Source: Planctomycetota bacterium (GTDB lineage: Bacteria; Planctomycetota; SZUA-567; H5-PLA8). Taken from it: a DNA stretch of 64,000 nt. How positions within the stretch are numbered: position 1 is the stretch's first letter; every line of letters begins with the position of its first letter. The notes under the pieces were generated by a model that was given only the letters and a program-made list of their open reading frames with translations, had not been told where the DNA came from and ran no database searches. A program made the position numbers and the translations under genes. The stretch is from the NCBI GenBank assembly GCA_038227875.1, contig JBBRPR010000010.1:64001-128000 (forward strand), written 5' to 3'. Shown here one piece after another: positions 27,207 through 37,331 of this stretch.

Positions 27207-29612
27207 ATGAACGACGTGCCGTACACCCAGCAGCTCGAAGCGACCGACGCTCAATTCCTTAAGCATCTTAAACTTCCAGGAACGGCCGGGAAGGCCCTGG
27301 CCGCCGCGCAGAAGGCCGGCGACGGCGTCCAGATCGCGCACGTTGTAGCCGAGCATTTCCGCCGGCGCTCCGCGCCGCAGTGCTTCTTCTATTCGCACGG
27401 TTCGCCCTGGCATGAAAACGACGCGCCCGGCGACGTGCTCGAAAAGGCCGATGGCCTCCTGAACAATCGCTTCCGCAGTTCGTGGCCGCCGCATCATTGG
27501 GTCAACATCGGCGGCAAAGACGGCGCGATCGATTGGGAACAGGCGATCACAGAAGCCGGCACCGCGACCGCTCGCAACACGTTCGTCACCGAGTTGTCGA
27601 CGGCGTGGGCGTTGACCGGCAACGCCGCGTACGCGCGCAAGGCGCTGGAGCTGATCCGCTCACTGGTCGCAACGTTTCCGTTCAATCTCGATCCGAAATT
27701 TTACGAGGACCACGACAGCTATTTCGGCGGCCGCGCCAATCACACGCTATCAGTTTCGTACCGTGGCTTCCGCTGGACCGACTTGATGTATTCCGGAGCG
27801 CTTCACGCGCCGGGAGTCTTCTCCGACGCTGATGTATTCTGGCTGGTCAAGCAGCTCTGGTTTTACGCCATGCAGTATTACCGGCTCTGCGGCGACGTGA
27901 TGCGGCGCGACAATCATCATCTGTTCGATCACGGGCACTCGCAATTTTTCTTCGGGATCATGTACCCGGAATTCGACATCAGCAAGGAGATGACGGAGTA
28001 CGGCGCGAAAGTGATCCGGCATCATTTTGGCGCAAATCTGCTGAAAGACGGCGGCTACGGAGAACACAGCGCGGAGTATCAGTACCATATTTCGTACCAC
28101 TTCCTTCATCCGCTCGGCGTCGCGGCCGCGAACGGCTACACACTGCTGAGCGTCGCGCAGATCGAGCGCGTGCGAAAGTGGGTGGAGTTCAATGCGCGGC
28201 TTTCGCTGCCGGACGGGCGCATCCCGCCGTTTGGCGATTCCGATGGGCGTACGTACCACAACTTTTTCGGACAGCTCGGCACGGCCGTCATGACGCCGCG
28301 CTTAAGCGCCATGGCTCGCGCGCTCAGCATCGAGCCCGGAAAAATGAACATCGCTTCGGCGCCGAAAGTCGCGCAACAGATGAGCGGCTGGGTGCCGGGC
28401 AAGGCGACGAAGATCGGGCTCTCCAATTATTATTTGAACAAGGGAAAGACGGAAAAGCCCGACCCGAAGGAACTGCGCGAAACGGCGAGCGCTCAATTTC
28501 CCGACGGCGGGTACACGGTCTTCCGTTCGGAATGGAGTCCCGACGCCGATTACCTCGCCATGTCGCACCACAGCAAGAGCCTCAACGGTGGTCACGCGCA
28601 TCTCGACATGCTCTCGTTCGTGCTGCATACGAAAGGCAAGCTGCTGATCGGCGATCCCGCCACGTGGCTGTATTTCGACCGGCGATTTTTCGGCCACGGC
28701 GGCGGCAAGCTGAAACCTGGCGCGGAGAACACGGGCTTGCACCGCGGCTACTCCTACGGCGCGGATTCGCACAATGTCTTCGTCCGCAATTATGATTTCA
28801 TCCGTCCGCTGCGCGCCTTGAATCATTTCACCGTGTACGGTCTGCAACGTCCACCGCTGTGCGGCCTCGGATTGTTCAAATCGGGTGGACCGATCGAAGT
28901 CGTCGACGCCTGGCACGACGAGAACGCGCCGGTACGGCATCGCCGCTTGCTCGTTCACATCAAGGGTGTTGGCTTCGCGTTTGTCGAGATGATGAACAGC
29001 CCCGTCGGCAGCCTCGCGCCGTACGATTACTCGCAGTTCTATCATTTCCAATTCGAGACTGAGATCGCCCCGGTGGAACCGCAGATTCAGCAGACGCTGA
29101 AAGTGTTCAATGGCGACGCCGCGTGCTTCATCGTGCCCGGACGCGAAGCCGAAGTGCGCTGGCAGACGTTCCGCGATGAGTACCTGCAAGACGTGTACTC
29201 AAATTACCGCAAGCCCGACGGTGAAAATCCGTGGGTTGCCGAACTCTCACGCCGCGCGCGTGGGCCTGTTGTCTTCACGAATTTCATCCTCACCGGGGGT
29301 GCCGATGGCTTGGTGAACGTGCCGGAAGCGCGGTACCTCGGCACCGCGCCGTCGGAATGGATGACCTGGCAGAGCGACGGTCTCAGCGCCCACGCGCTGG
29401 ACCTGGGCAAAAACGGTACGTTGCTGCTGGCGAGTTGCCCCTACGGAAAAGCGCTGGTGAGCAAGGATCTCGAAACCGACGCCGAGCTTGCGGTCGTGTT
29501 GTTGGATGCCAAAGGCAAGGTGAAACACTGGGCGCTCGCGCGCGGGTCGAAACTTTCCGTGCGCGGTAAGAAGCTTATTGCAGGTCGGAAGGTGGAGTGG
29601 AAAGAAAGCTGA
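27207..29612 (+). CDS. Heparinase II/III-like polysaccharide lyase family protein
   Basis: Alpha/alpha N-domain with NH and EHSAEY motifs; PPFGDSD; GGHAHLDMLSF...GDPA...SHN C-domain. No obvious signal peptide. Confidence 0.75.
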   Translation: MNDVPYTQQLEATDAQFLKHLKLPGTAGKALAAAQKAGDGVQIAHVVAEHFRRRSAPQCFFYSHGSPWHENDAPGDVLEKADGLLNNRFRSSWPPHHWVNIGGKDGAIDWEQAITEAGTATARNTFVTELSTAWALTGNAAYARKALELIRSLVATFPFNLDPKFYEDHDSYFGGRANHTLSVSYRGFRWTDLMYSGALHAPGVFSDADVFWLVKQLWFYAMQYYRLCGDVMRRDNHHLFDHGHSQFFFGIMYPEFDISKEMTEYGAKVIRHHFGANLLKDGGYGEHSAEYQYHISYHFLHPLGVAAANGYTLLSVAQIERVRKWVEFNARLSLPDGRIPPFGDSDGRTYHNFFGQLGTAVMTPRLSAMARALSIEPGKMNIASAPKVAQQMSGWVPGKATKIGLSNYYLNKGKTEKPDPKELRETASAQFPDGGYTVFRSEWSPDADYLAMSHHSKSLNGGHAHLDMLSFVLHTKGKLLIGDPATWLYFDRRFFGHGGGKLKPGAENTGLHRGYSYGADSHNVFVRNYDFIRPLRALNHFTVYGLQRPPLCGLGLFKSGGPIEVVDAWHDENAPVRHRRLLVHIKGVGFAFVEMMNSPVGSLAPYDYSQFYHFQFETEIAPVEPQIQQTLKVFNGDAACFIVPGREAEVRWQTFRDEYLQDVYSNYRKPDGENPWVAELSRRARGPVVFTNFILTGGADGLVNVPEARYLGTAPSEWMTWQSDGLSAHALDLGKNGTLLLASCPYGKALVSKDLETDAELAVVLLDAKGKVKHWALARGSKLSVRGKKLIAGRKVEWKES

Positions 29613-29620
29613 AGGTCTGG

Positions 29621-29741
29621 AACGGAGTCATTGGTCATCGGTCATTTGTCATTTTTCATTTACGAAGGGCGTTGTGTCGAGTTGCACGCTTGTCTGCCGC
29701 TCCCCGTAAATGACCAATGCCCATTGACCAATGACTCCGTT
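29621..29741. repeat. Inverted-repeat element built from GTCATTN heptamers
   Basis: Perfect 17-bp terminal IR AACGGAGTCATTGGTCA/TGACCAATGACTCCGTT plus inner TCATTTACG/CGTAAATGA. Confidence 0.85.
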
Positions 29742-32700
29742 CATGGTTCCTTCGCGGTCGCCGAAGGAGCAACAGGGTTATCCGCGGAATAGCTGAGTCC
29801 TTTTGGTGCCGCGCCGTTTTCGTCCATAAGTCGGCAGTAAAAGCCCCAGCCGCCGCCGCCTTGTGAAATAGTGAGCATCAGCGCGTTCCAGCCTTTGTTC
29901 AGCTTGATCTTGATCTTGTCCTGATCCGGCGCGCAGCCGCGCGTGGCGGGGTTGATGTGGATGGGCTGGCCGTTGAGCGCGGCCCGGATTCCATCGTCGC
30001 TGCCCAGCCACAGCTGCGCGTTCCGCTCGGCGTCGGAATAGATGTAGACATGCGCTGCGACTACGGAATTGTTCAGCGGACCGACAAGTTCCAGCAGGTT
30101 AAATGCACCGCTTTCGGATTCGGCATATGACCACGCGGAACCGCGAGTGGGCTGCGCTTTCTCATCGTAGTAGGGATCGCTCAGTTTCAGCGGATCGATA
30201 TTCTGCACGGCCTTCCCAATCAGAAATTCCGTCAGGAAGAATCCAGATGACGGACGACCCGGGGTCGCCGTGAACGCCAGCGGCTCGGGCGGTCCCATAC
30301 CGTCCTCGGCGGTCAGCGTCGTAAAGGTAAGGGTCGTGGGTTCGGTTTTCCATGCTGCGGTAGAGGTGAGCCGCAGCGTGCGGCCGTCGCGCTCCAATGT
30401 GGCCTTCTCGATTTTCACGCCGGGAATCGCGTAGTTGGCGACCGTTTCCGCCTGAGCTCGATTGAGCCGCTTGTTGCTGACGAGGGTGATCGTTTTCTCA
30501 TTTAGTCCGGCGTAACTGAAGCGCGGCGCGCCAGGTTCTTCGCCGAAGTACGCCAGTCCCCAATTCTCACGGTCACCGGCGGCGGCGGCATCAGGCGCCG
30601 ACCAGGTCAGTTCCTTGCCGTTCGCGCCGCGCAGCCGCCATTCGACGCGAGTCGATTTTCCGAGCGCGAAATCGCAGGGCTCGTTGCCGTGCTTCAGCGC
30701 ATCGAATGGAATCTGCGCGACGATCACGTAGCCGCTCTCGGCCTTTACGCCTGCGGCAGGGAGATGCGTGGTGTTGAGCACGGCGAGCGTTTTCTTGGTG
30801 CTCATCGCAAAAACGATCCGGCGGTCGGCGGGACTCGGCCCCTTGCTGGCGCGGCCGGCGTAAGCACTCGGCGATGTGATGAACAGTTCCACGCTGGGAC
30901 CTTGGGCGAGCTTGTCGGCGGTCTCCGGAGTCGCCAGATCCTTGCCGGTAAACGCGGCGTCCTTGACTTCGAGCGCGCAATACAGCTTGTTGTTGCCGTA
31001 AAGTACTCGCGCGGTCAGACCCAACTCTGCATCACTCAGTTTGAACGAGGCGACGTTTGCGAACTCGGCGAGCTTGGGATCGAGCTTGAAGTCTGCTCCG
31101 GCTCGTCCGATTGCTCGGTGCGTGCGGCGCGGCAGGAATGTTTCGACGCTGATTTCGCCGCTGCCACTCGTGTCGGTGGCGATAAATTTAAAGGCGTGCG
31201 TTCCGGTGGAAATCTGCGCGATCGGGACGAGCGCCGAAAACTGACCGCTGTGATTCACGTCTTTAAGTTCGAATTTTTTCTCGCCGGTGATCACAGTAAC
31301 AGAGGGCTCACCACCGCTCAACCCGGTCGAAAAGGCCGAAAGCGTCGCGTTCTGACCGTCCTCGGACAGCGTCACTGTCGTATTGGACAGAATCGGGTGA
31401 GGCTTGGCGTAAATGGCGATGTCATCCAGATCGTAATTGCGCGGCGCGCTGCCGGCTGGGGCGTCGAACATCAATTCACAGACGCCATCGGGCGCGGCCG
31501 GCGATCCGAAGAGCAGATCGGAGAGCGGAATGGCGACGAACTGGTAGCGCGGACCGACGGACTTGAGATACGCGGACAGAGGCACCTGGTTGGAGCGGTT
31601 GCCGTTGCCGTGGCCGAGGCGCCGGCCGTCGTCGCGGAAGCAGAGTTTCAAATCGGACGGGCCTTCGGTATCGGAGCGGATGCAGAATGTGAGCAGGCGA
31701 TGGTAGCGAACGTCATCGCCGTCAAAATTCGCACCGGGATTTTTCCAACTCGCGCCGGCCTGACCGGGTCCGAGTACTTCCACGCGCAGATGCGAATCGC
31801 CGCTGAACGGATTCTCCTTGCTCGCGTGGACGGACATGGTGTTGCCCCACGTGGAAAGAAAACTGTGGCTCTCGCCGTTCCACGCCACAAAGTCGTGCGT
31901 CGGTTTAAGCACGGTCAGCAGCGCGAGACGCGACTCAGTTTTGTCGTCCAGCGAAACCTTGACCGTGAGCGGCACGCGGCCGGGGAGGGGAGCGCCCTTG
32001 CGATCCTTCAGGCCAAAGACGTTTGCTGCGACTTCAGGAATTAATACCGTGTATGTGGATTCGGTTGTTCCAGCCTGTTCGGTCATCGGCACCGCAGGCG
32101 CGCCTCCGATGGGGCTCAGATCGATTTCGACCTTGGCGCCCTTCGCCGCCACGCAACTGAATGTCACCGCGCCTTCTCCGGCGACGACGGCCGGTGGTTG
32201 TGCGGCGACATGCGCGATCAGCTTGTGCTCAATGCCGGTGCCTCGATAGAGTTTGTCGTTGATGCACGCGTAAAGCACCGCGCCGTCGGCATTGACGCTC
32301 ATCCCAGCGCCATCGGTGACCCACTCACCGACGTAAAGCCCCGTGTTCAATTTCTTCCAGGTTTTGAAACCATCGCTCGACGTCAGCACGCCTTCCTTGT
32401 TCGGTTCGTAAATGTACTGCGCTTCGGTGAGCGACGAGGTGTAGCCGGCAGCCATGGAAACAACATAGATCTCCGGCGGACCGGCGTCGGTCTTCGTCAC
32501 GCCGAAATCGTCGGAGAGTTTGATGCCCGCGTCAGCCGTGCCCAACCACATGCGCGAACCGAAAAGACTTTCGTTCATTGCGCTTGGCGTGTCCACGCAA
32601 ACGCGGAACGAGCCACGGGTGGGATCGAGCCGGAAAAATCCGACTTCATCACCGCCCGCCGGATGCGCGCCGGCGAGGAAGATCGTGGATTCGACGAAGA

Positions 32701-33241
32701 TCATGCGATCAACGCCGTAGTCTTTGGCGAGGGTCTGCCAGGTTTTGCCGCCATCGTTTGAAACGGAGATGCCGGCCTTCGCGGCGGAGTGCATCGCATA
32801 AAGCGTTTTGAACGAGGAGTCGAAGCGGCTGAAGACCAGGCCGTGAATGTGTAGATGCGCCAGCCCGGCCTCGGTGCCGCCGAGCTTGCTCCAGGCGGAG
32901 CCTTCGTTCGTGCTCAGAAAAACGCCACTGCTGGCGGTGCCGGCATAAAGCGTTGCGGGCTGCGATGGATCGATGAGCAGCGTGGTGACGTTTTTTAACT
33001 CGGGGTTTACGGGCAGCGCTTTAAATGTCTTTCCGCCGTCTTTGCTGAGCGAGAAGTGATCGGTGCTCCAGACGAAAATCGTATCAGCGTCAACCTCGGA
33101 CGGGAAGACTTTCCGGGCCGGACCGCCTGTCTCGACCACGCTCCAGCGGAATGGGTCGGCAACTACCGGCTCCGATGAGCGGGCAGAATTCGTGAGAAGA
33201 AGTGGGAGAATCGCAGCGCAGCAGAGGAGACGTCGGATCAT
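29741..33241 (-). CDS. Large secreted multidomain protein: BNR/Asp-box beta-propeller + carbohydrate-binding-like + Ig-like + PA14-like domains
   Basis: Signal peptide; SxDGGKTW/F Asp-boxes; C-terminal LGSDDG...LNKGWN...GGGGWGF domain. Confidence 0.7.
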   Translation of the reverse strand: MIRRLLCCAAILPLLLTNSARSSEPVVADPFRWSVVETGGPARKVFPSEVDADTIFVWSTDHFSLSKDGGKTFKALPVNPELKNVTTLLIDPSQPATLYAGTASSGVFLSTNEGSAWSKLGGTEAGLAHLHIHGLVFSRFDSSFKTLYAMHSAAKAGISVSNDGGKTWQTLAKDYGVDRMIFVESTIFLAGAHPAGGDEVGFFRLDPTRGSFRVCVDTPSAMNESLFGSRMWLGTADAGIKLSDDFGVTKTDAGPPEIYVVSMAAGYTSSLTEAQYIYEPNKEGVLTSSDGFKTWKKLNTGLYVGEWVTDGAGMSVNADGAVLYACINDKLYRGTGIEHKLIAHVAAQPPAVVAGEGAVTFSCVAAKGAKVEIDLSPIGGAPAVPMTEQAGTTESTYTVLIPEVAANVFGLKDRKGAPLPGRVPLTVKVSLDDKTESRLALLTVLKPTHDFVAWNGESHSFLSTWGNTMSVHASKENPFSGDSHLRVEVLGPGQAGASWKNPGANFDGDDVRYHRLLTFCIRSDTEGPSDLKLCFRDDGRRLGHGNGNRSNQVPLSAYLKSVGPRYQFVAIPLSDLLFGSPAAPDGVCELMFDAPAGSAPRNYDLDDIAIYAKPHPILSNTTVTLSEDGQNATLSAFSTGLSGGEPSVTVITGEKKFELKDVNHSGQFSALVPIAQISTGTHAFKFIATDTSGSGEISVETFLPRRTHRAIGRAGADFKLDPKLAEFANVASFKLSDAELGLTARVLYGNNKLYCALEVKDAAFTGKDLATPETADKLAQGPSVELFITSPSAYAGRASKGPSPADRRIVFAMSTKKTLAVLNTTHLPAAGVKAESGYVIVAQIPFDALKHGNEPCDFALGKSTRVEWRLRGANGKELTWSAPDAAAAGDRENWGLAYFGEEPGAPRFSYAGLNEKTITLVSNKRLNRAQAETVANYAIPGVKIEKATLERDGRTLRLTSTAAWKTEPTTLTFTTLTAEDGMGPPEPLAFTATPGRPSSGFFLTEFLIGKAVQNIDPLKLSDPYYDEKAQPTRGSAWSYAESESGAFNLLELVGPLNNSVVAAHVYIYSDAERNAQLWLGSDDGIRAALNGQPIHINPATRGCAPDQDKIKIKLNKGWNALMLTISQGGGGWGFYCRLMDENGAAPKGLSYSADNPVAPSATAKEP

Positions 33242-33261
33242 CGATACACCAAGGCAGTAAA

Positions 33262-34248
33262 TCAGGGTTTTCCGAGCACGACCGTGCGCGCGATATTTCC
33301 TTCGCCGTCTTTCGTGGGAAGTGGGGCCGGCTCCTTGCCGTCCTCAAAAATTGTCGACGGCACGCCATCTCCGTTATCTTCAAGACCGGCAACTTCGGTG
33401 AGCACGCGCCGGCCGTACCATCCGTCGAGCACTTCCTGATTGTTGTTGGCCTTCTGTGGCTCGGCGCCACCGGGAGTCAATTCTCGTTCTGGATAGAACT
33501 TCTTGTACAGTGCCTGAAAGTCCTTGCCATGGACGGTCGTAACTTTCTTTTCAGCGAATTGATTCTGATAAAAATGCGTCGTCTCCATCGTCGCATGATT
33601 GAAGGCTTCGAGAAGATTTGTATTTCCTGTTTCGAGCGCGCGGAGAAAGAATTCGCAGAAGTACGTCTGGCTGCGTTGCCCGATCGTGGCGGCGGCGGTA
33701 ATGGTGATGCGGTTTTTTCCCATCATCGTTTTGGTAAATGCCGCGCTGGCTGCAGCCGTATCAATGCAGATGAGCAGCTTGGCTTTCAATCCTTCCAGCT
33801 CGCGCGCGACGTCGGTGTCGGTGAGATCCTTGCCGGGCAGACAAAGCTTGCTCAAGCCTTGCGAATCGTAGCCGTCGCCGATCAAGACAAGAACGACCTG
33901 GTCGTCGGCGCGACTTTCCTTCACCAATGTGGCGAGCGCCGATTTCACGTTCTCCAGACTCGCGGTCTCTGCGGCAGGGACAGTGGACAGCTCAGGCGTG
34001 AGAGGACGCACGGGATTGAGGTCGCCGGGCTTGCCGGGACTGCGCAGCATGCGAATGTTCTCGGCCTTAAAGCCGCACTTCGTCTGCAGCGCGGATTTCC
34101 AGCGCGTGGCCCAGTCGGTGAAGCGTTCCGCGGCGCTGTTGCTCTCGCCGGGGTCGCCGGCGACGATCAGCGCGCGGCATTCGGAAGCTCGCGTGCTGCC
34201 AACGGTGAGCAGCAGTGCGAGAAGTGTGGCGAGTCGGCGGACGATCAT
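33262..34248 (-). CDS. Secreted caspase/peptidase C13-like fold protein
   Basis: Signal peptide; ALIVAGDPG, LVLIGDG, CIDTAAAS, ITAA, EDNGDG follow clan CD topology; found with DUF4159. Confidence 0.55.
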   Translation of the reverse strand: MIVRRLATLLALLLTVGSTRASECRALIVAGDPGESNSAAERFTDWATRWKSALQTKCGFKAENIRMLRSPGKPGDLNPVRPLTPELSTVPAAETASLENVKSALATLVKESRADDQVVLVLIGDGYDSQGLSKLCLPGKDLTDTDVARELEGLKAKLLICIDTAAASAAFTKTMMGKNRITITAAATIGQRSQTYFCEFFLRALETGNTNLLEAFNHATMETTHFYQNQFAEKKVTTVHGKDFQALYKKFYPERELTPGGAEPQKANNNQEVLDGWYGRRVLTEVAGLEDNGDGVPSTIFEDGKEPAPLPTKDGEGNIARTVVLGKP

Positions 34249-34263
34249 CGCAAGGCAGCTCCG

Positions 34264-35043
34264 TTAGTGCGTAAGACAGTAGACGACAATGTTGACGCCG
34301 AGGTGGATGGAATTTTCGCGATCGAGTCCGGGCAGATTGCCGAAGCCGACCCAGCCGCAGTGAACGTCGCCAGACGTAACCATCGCCATCAGTCGGCCGG
34401 TATCCTTGTCGAACAGTCCCATCGCCGGATGGCGCACGCCCTGACAGTGCGGCGCGCCGTTCATTTTGAAGAAGCAGGTGAAGATTTCGTGATCGTTGGG
34501 AATGGGACGCATCGGATTTTCTGGAAATATTTTTCCCATCTGTTCGACGAATGATTTGTAAAAATCGTCGCCCACCTGGTCGCGCGTGCAGTCGTCCGCG
34601 TAGAGGAATCCTCCTTTTAAGAGGTACTCGCGCGCGGTCTTCATGTTTTTCTCGGAGACACTGAACGCGCCCTCGGAGGTCATGAAGACGAAGGGATATC
34701 GGAACAATTCATCCGGTTTGTCCAGGTTGACCACGATCGGGTCGGTGAGAATGTTGATGTTGCTCATTTTCTTGATCGCGTCGCGCAATTTCTGGTCGCC
34801 CTGCGGCCAGATGTCCCAGGGCTTGTTGACCGGCTTCAAATTTTGAAACTGAAGGCGTGGAAAATAAAACTGGCCGGACTTCACCAGCTCATTGCCGGAA
34901 CCCGGTGCGGCTTTGATCTGCTCACCAAGCTTCTTGTAGTTTTCGGCGGAGTTGGTGCCGGTCGGCGCCGGTCCGGGCGTCTCTTCCGCGCCGGCGAGGC
35001 ACGCGATGCTCAGCAGTGTCGCGATCAGAATAATCCTGCTCAT
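34264..35043 (-). CDS. DUF4159 domain protein
   Basis: Signal peptide; LFRYPFVFMT, REYLLKGGFLYADD, DHEIF, GVNIVVYCLTH; ATGA overlap with the upstream gene. Confidence 0.85.
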   Translation of the reverse strand: MSRIILIATLLSIACLAGAEETPGPAPTGTNSAENYKKLGEQIKAAPGSGNELVKSGQFYFPRLQFQNLKPVNKPWDIWPQGDQKLRDAIKKMSNINILTDPIVVNLDKPDELFRYPFVFMTSEGAFSVSEKNMKTAREYLLKGGFLYADDCTRDQVGDDFYKSFVEQMGKIFPENPMRPIPNDHEIFTCFFKMNGAPHCQGVRHPAMGLFDKDTGRLMAMVTSGDVHCGWVGFGNLPGLDRENSIHLGVNIVVYCLTH

Positions 35044-37313
35044 GCCAGTCCGCTCCTTCTCCTCAAAAACCATTCGGCGATCCACGCGGCGGCAATCAGC
35101 AGCAGCAGGACCGGCGCATCGCGGAGATCGCGCTCTTCGACCAGGTCGAGCAGCTTCTGCTTTTCGGAGACCTGCTTGAGAATCGCGGCGACGGCTTTGT
35201 CGGCGTTGGCTTCGAGGTCCAGCGTGCCATTGCCGGCCGCGGCGATCTGGCGCAGAGCGGCTGTATCCATCGACGTGTGAGCGAATTCGACGGAGGATTC
35301 GACGGCGGAGAAGGACGTGCTTTTCTCCAGCGTATTTCCGGCGAGTGTTGCGGTGACCGTAACGGCGAAATCTCCCTTGTCGGCAGGGCGGTAGGTGGCT
35401 TGGTAAACGCCGTCCTCGCTAAGAATCCAAGGGAGCGAAAGTTCGTCGGTATTGCCGAATGGATCTTTGATCTTCGCCACAACTTTCGCGTCGTTGGACG
35501 GGCGATGCGTTTTGTCGAGCACCTGCGCGGTCAGCACCAGCGGCTGGTGAACATTGATCGTGTCGCGATCGGTGCCGAGTGTCAGCATTTCCTTGGAGCC
35601 GACAGCCAGCCAGCGCATCATCTGCGACCAGAAGCGGCGGAACGAATCGTCGTCGAGCGGGCGGAGCATGCGCCAGCGCCAGGAATTGGCCGGCGCAAAT
35701 GCGGCGGTGCGTCCGGCGCCCACATCTTGAACGGCGAGCAGCACGCCGTTGGCGCCATTCGGACCGGGTCGTGAATCCGTGGCGAGCACGCGCGCGCCGG
35801 CCTTGGCCTTGAAGAGTGGATTCACGCCGCGCAGCGCAGGCATCAGATTCCACTGCGCGAGATTCTCCGACGCTTCACCGGACAGTCGCAGCACTTCGTG
35901 GGTGGCGCCTTCCTTGGTGATCTGAAATGCGAACTCGCTGTCGTCGAACGCGGGAGCGACATGCTCAACATTGAGTGAAACGGGCAGCAGCGCGGCGATT
36001 GGCGTGTCCTGGTATCCGCCGAGATTGAACGAATTCACTCCGCCGAGCATCAGTAGTCCGCCGCCGCGGATTTTTACGAAGTCGGAGATCAGCTGCAATT
36101 GCGCCGGCTTGAAGTACGACGCTTCAATGTCGCTCAAAATGATCGCCTTGAAGCGTCCGAGCTCTTCGGCGGTCTCGGGAAATCCCTGCGTCAGCATGCT
36201 GCTCGTGTCGCCGCTCTGATAATAGTGGCCCTTGCCAATGCGGACGAGGCTGATCACTTTGAATTGTTTGTCGTTCCACATTTCGCGGCGGATGTACGCG
36301 AATTCGTGGCGCGGCGAGCCTTCGACGATCAGGATTTCGACACGCGTTTCTTCAACCTGCATCTGAAAGACGCGCTTGTTGTTGTCGAGGTTCACTTCGC
36401 CGGCAACCTTGGGCAGCTCCAGGCGGTACGATTGCGCGCCTTCCTTTTCCGGTAGCACTTTGACCGTGACCAGCACCGGTTCGCCGTTGAGCGACGGCGG
36501 CACGGTGACGGCTTTGATGAAATTGACGTCCTGGTAGAGATCGACTTCGAGCGGGCCGGCGTAACTGCCACGCTGGACCATTACGTTGACGTCGACCAGC
36601 GCACCGCAGGACGCTTTGCGTGGCGCGTGCACGGCCAGAATTTCGACGTCCGGCGCTGTGGAAACGTCGCCGATGCCGATCGCATGGACTGTCGCGCCGC
36701 GCGAGGCGACGTAGCGCGCCATCGCGGTGGCGTCACCGCTGGTGGTATCGACGCCGTCGGTGAGCAACACGGCCGCTTCGAGCGGCACGCCGCGCGTCGA
36801 TTGCGTCATGTCCTTCAGCGCGCCGGAGAGATTGGTGCCGTCGTCGGTGGGTTCAAGCGTCGCGAGGTCTTCCGGCTTGATCAGCCGGGTGTTGCTGCCG
36901 AACGCGAAGACGCGGACTTCCGTCGCACCGCTCAGGCGGCTTAGGATTCCGCTCTTGCCCGAGAGCAAATCGCGGGCGCGCGAAAAACGGCTGCCGCTTC
37001 CGGCGCTCAGACCCATGCTCTTGGACGCGTCGATGCCGACCACCACCACGCCGTCGCTCTTCTCCTTCTTATGCAGCTTCAATTGCGGGCCGAGAATCGC
37101 GACGAGCAAGAGCGCCAGACCGGTGATGCGTAACGCCGCCAGCGCAGTGCGCTTGCGCCGCGTCAGCTGTGCTTCGCGCCGGTACATCCAGACGATGCCG
37201 GCGGTCAGCGCGGCAAGCCCAAGCAGCACCAGCTCAATGCGCGGTGAAAAGTTAAACCCGAATTCGGCATCGCGGTAGACCGACAACGGGTATTTGAAGA
37301 GCCATTCGAACAC
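35040..37313 (-). CDS. Membrane protein with vWA and glutamine-amidotransferase-like (DUF1355) domains
   Basis: Two N-terminal TMs; DASKS and LLTDG MIDAS; GGGLLMLGG, SWRWRM, FWSQMMRWL; C-terminal EWFLRRRSGLA. Confidence 0.85.
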   Translation of the reverse strand: MFEWLFKYPLSVYRDAEFGFNFSPRIELVLLGLAALTAGIVWMYRREAQLTRRKRTALAALRITGLALLLVAILGPQLKLHKKEKSDGVVVVGIDASKSMGLSAGSGSRFSRARDLLSGKSGILSRLSGATEVRVFAFGSNTRLIKPEDLATLEPTDDGTNLSGALKDMTQSTRGVPLEAAVLLTDGVDTTSGDATAMARYVASRGATVHAIGIGDVSTAPDVEILAVHAPRKASCGALVDVNVMVQRGSYAGPLEVDLYQDVNFIKAVTVPPSLNGEPVLVTVKVLPEKEGAQSYRLELPKVAGEVNLDNNKRVFQMQVEETRVEILIVEGSPRHEFAYIRREMWNDKQFKVISLVRIGKGHYYQSGDTSSMLTQGFPETAEELGRFKAIILSDIEASYFKPAQLQLISDFVKIRGGGLLMLGGVNSFNLGGYQDTPIAALLPVSLNVEHVAPAFDDSEFAFQITKEGATHEVLRLSGEASENLAQWNLMPALRGVNPLFKAKAGARVLATDSRPGPNGANGVLLAVQDVGAGRTAAFAPANSWRWRMLRPLDDDSFRRFWSQMMRWLAVGSKEMLTLGTDRDTINVHQPLVLTAQVLDKTHRPSNDAKVVAKIKDPFGNTDELSLPWILSEDGVYQATYRPADKGDFAVTVTATLAGNTLEKSTSFSAVESSVEFAHTSMDTAALRQIAAAGNGTLDLEANADKAVAAILKQVSEKQKLLDLVEERDLRDAPVLLLLIAAAWIAEWFLRRRSGLA

Positions 37314-37331
37314 AGGTTGCCTCGCTGACGG

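Noticed and set aside
33202..34554. 450-aa plus-strand ORF
   Set aside because: Antisense to two coupled minus-strand operon genes.
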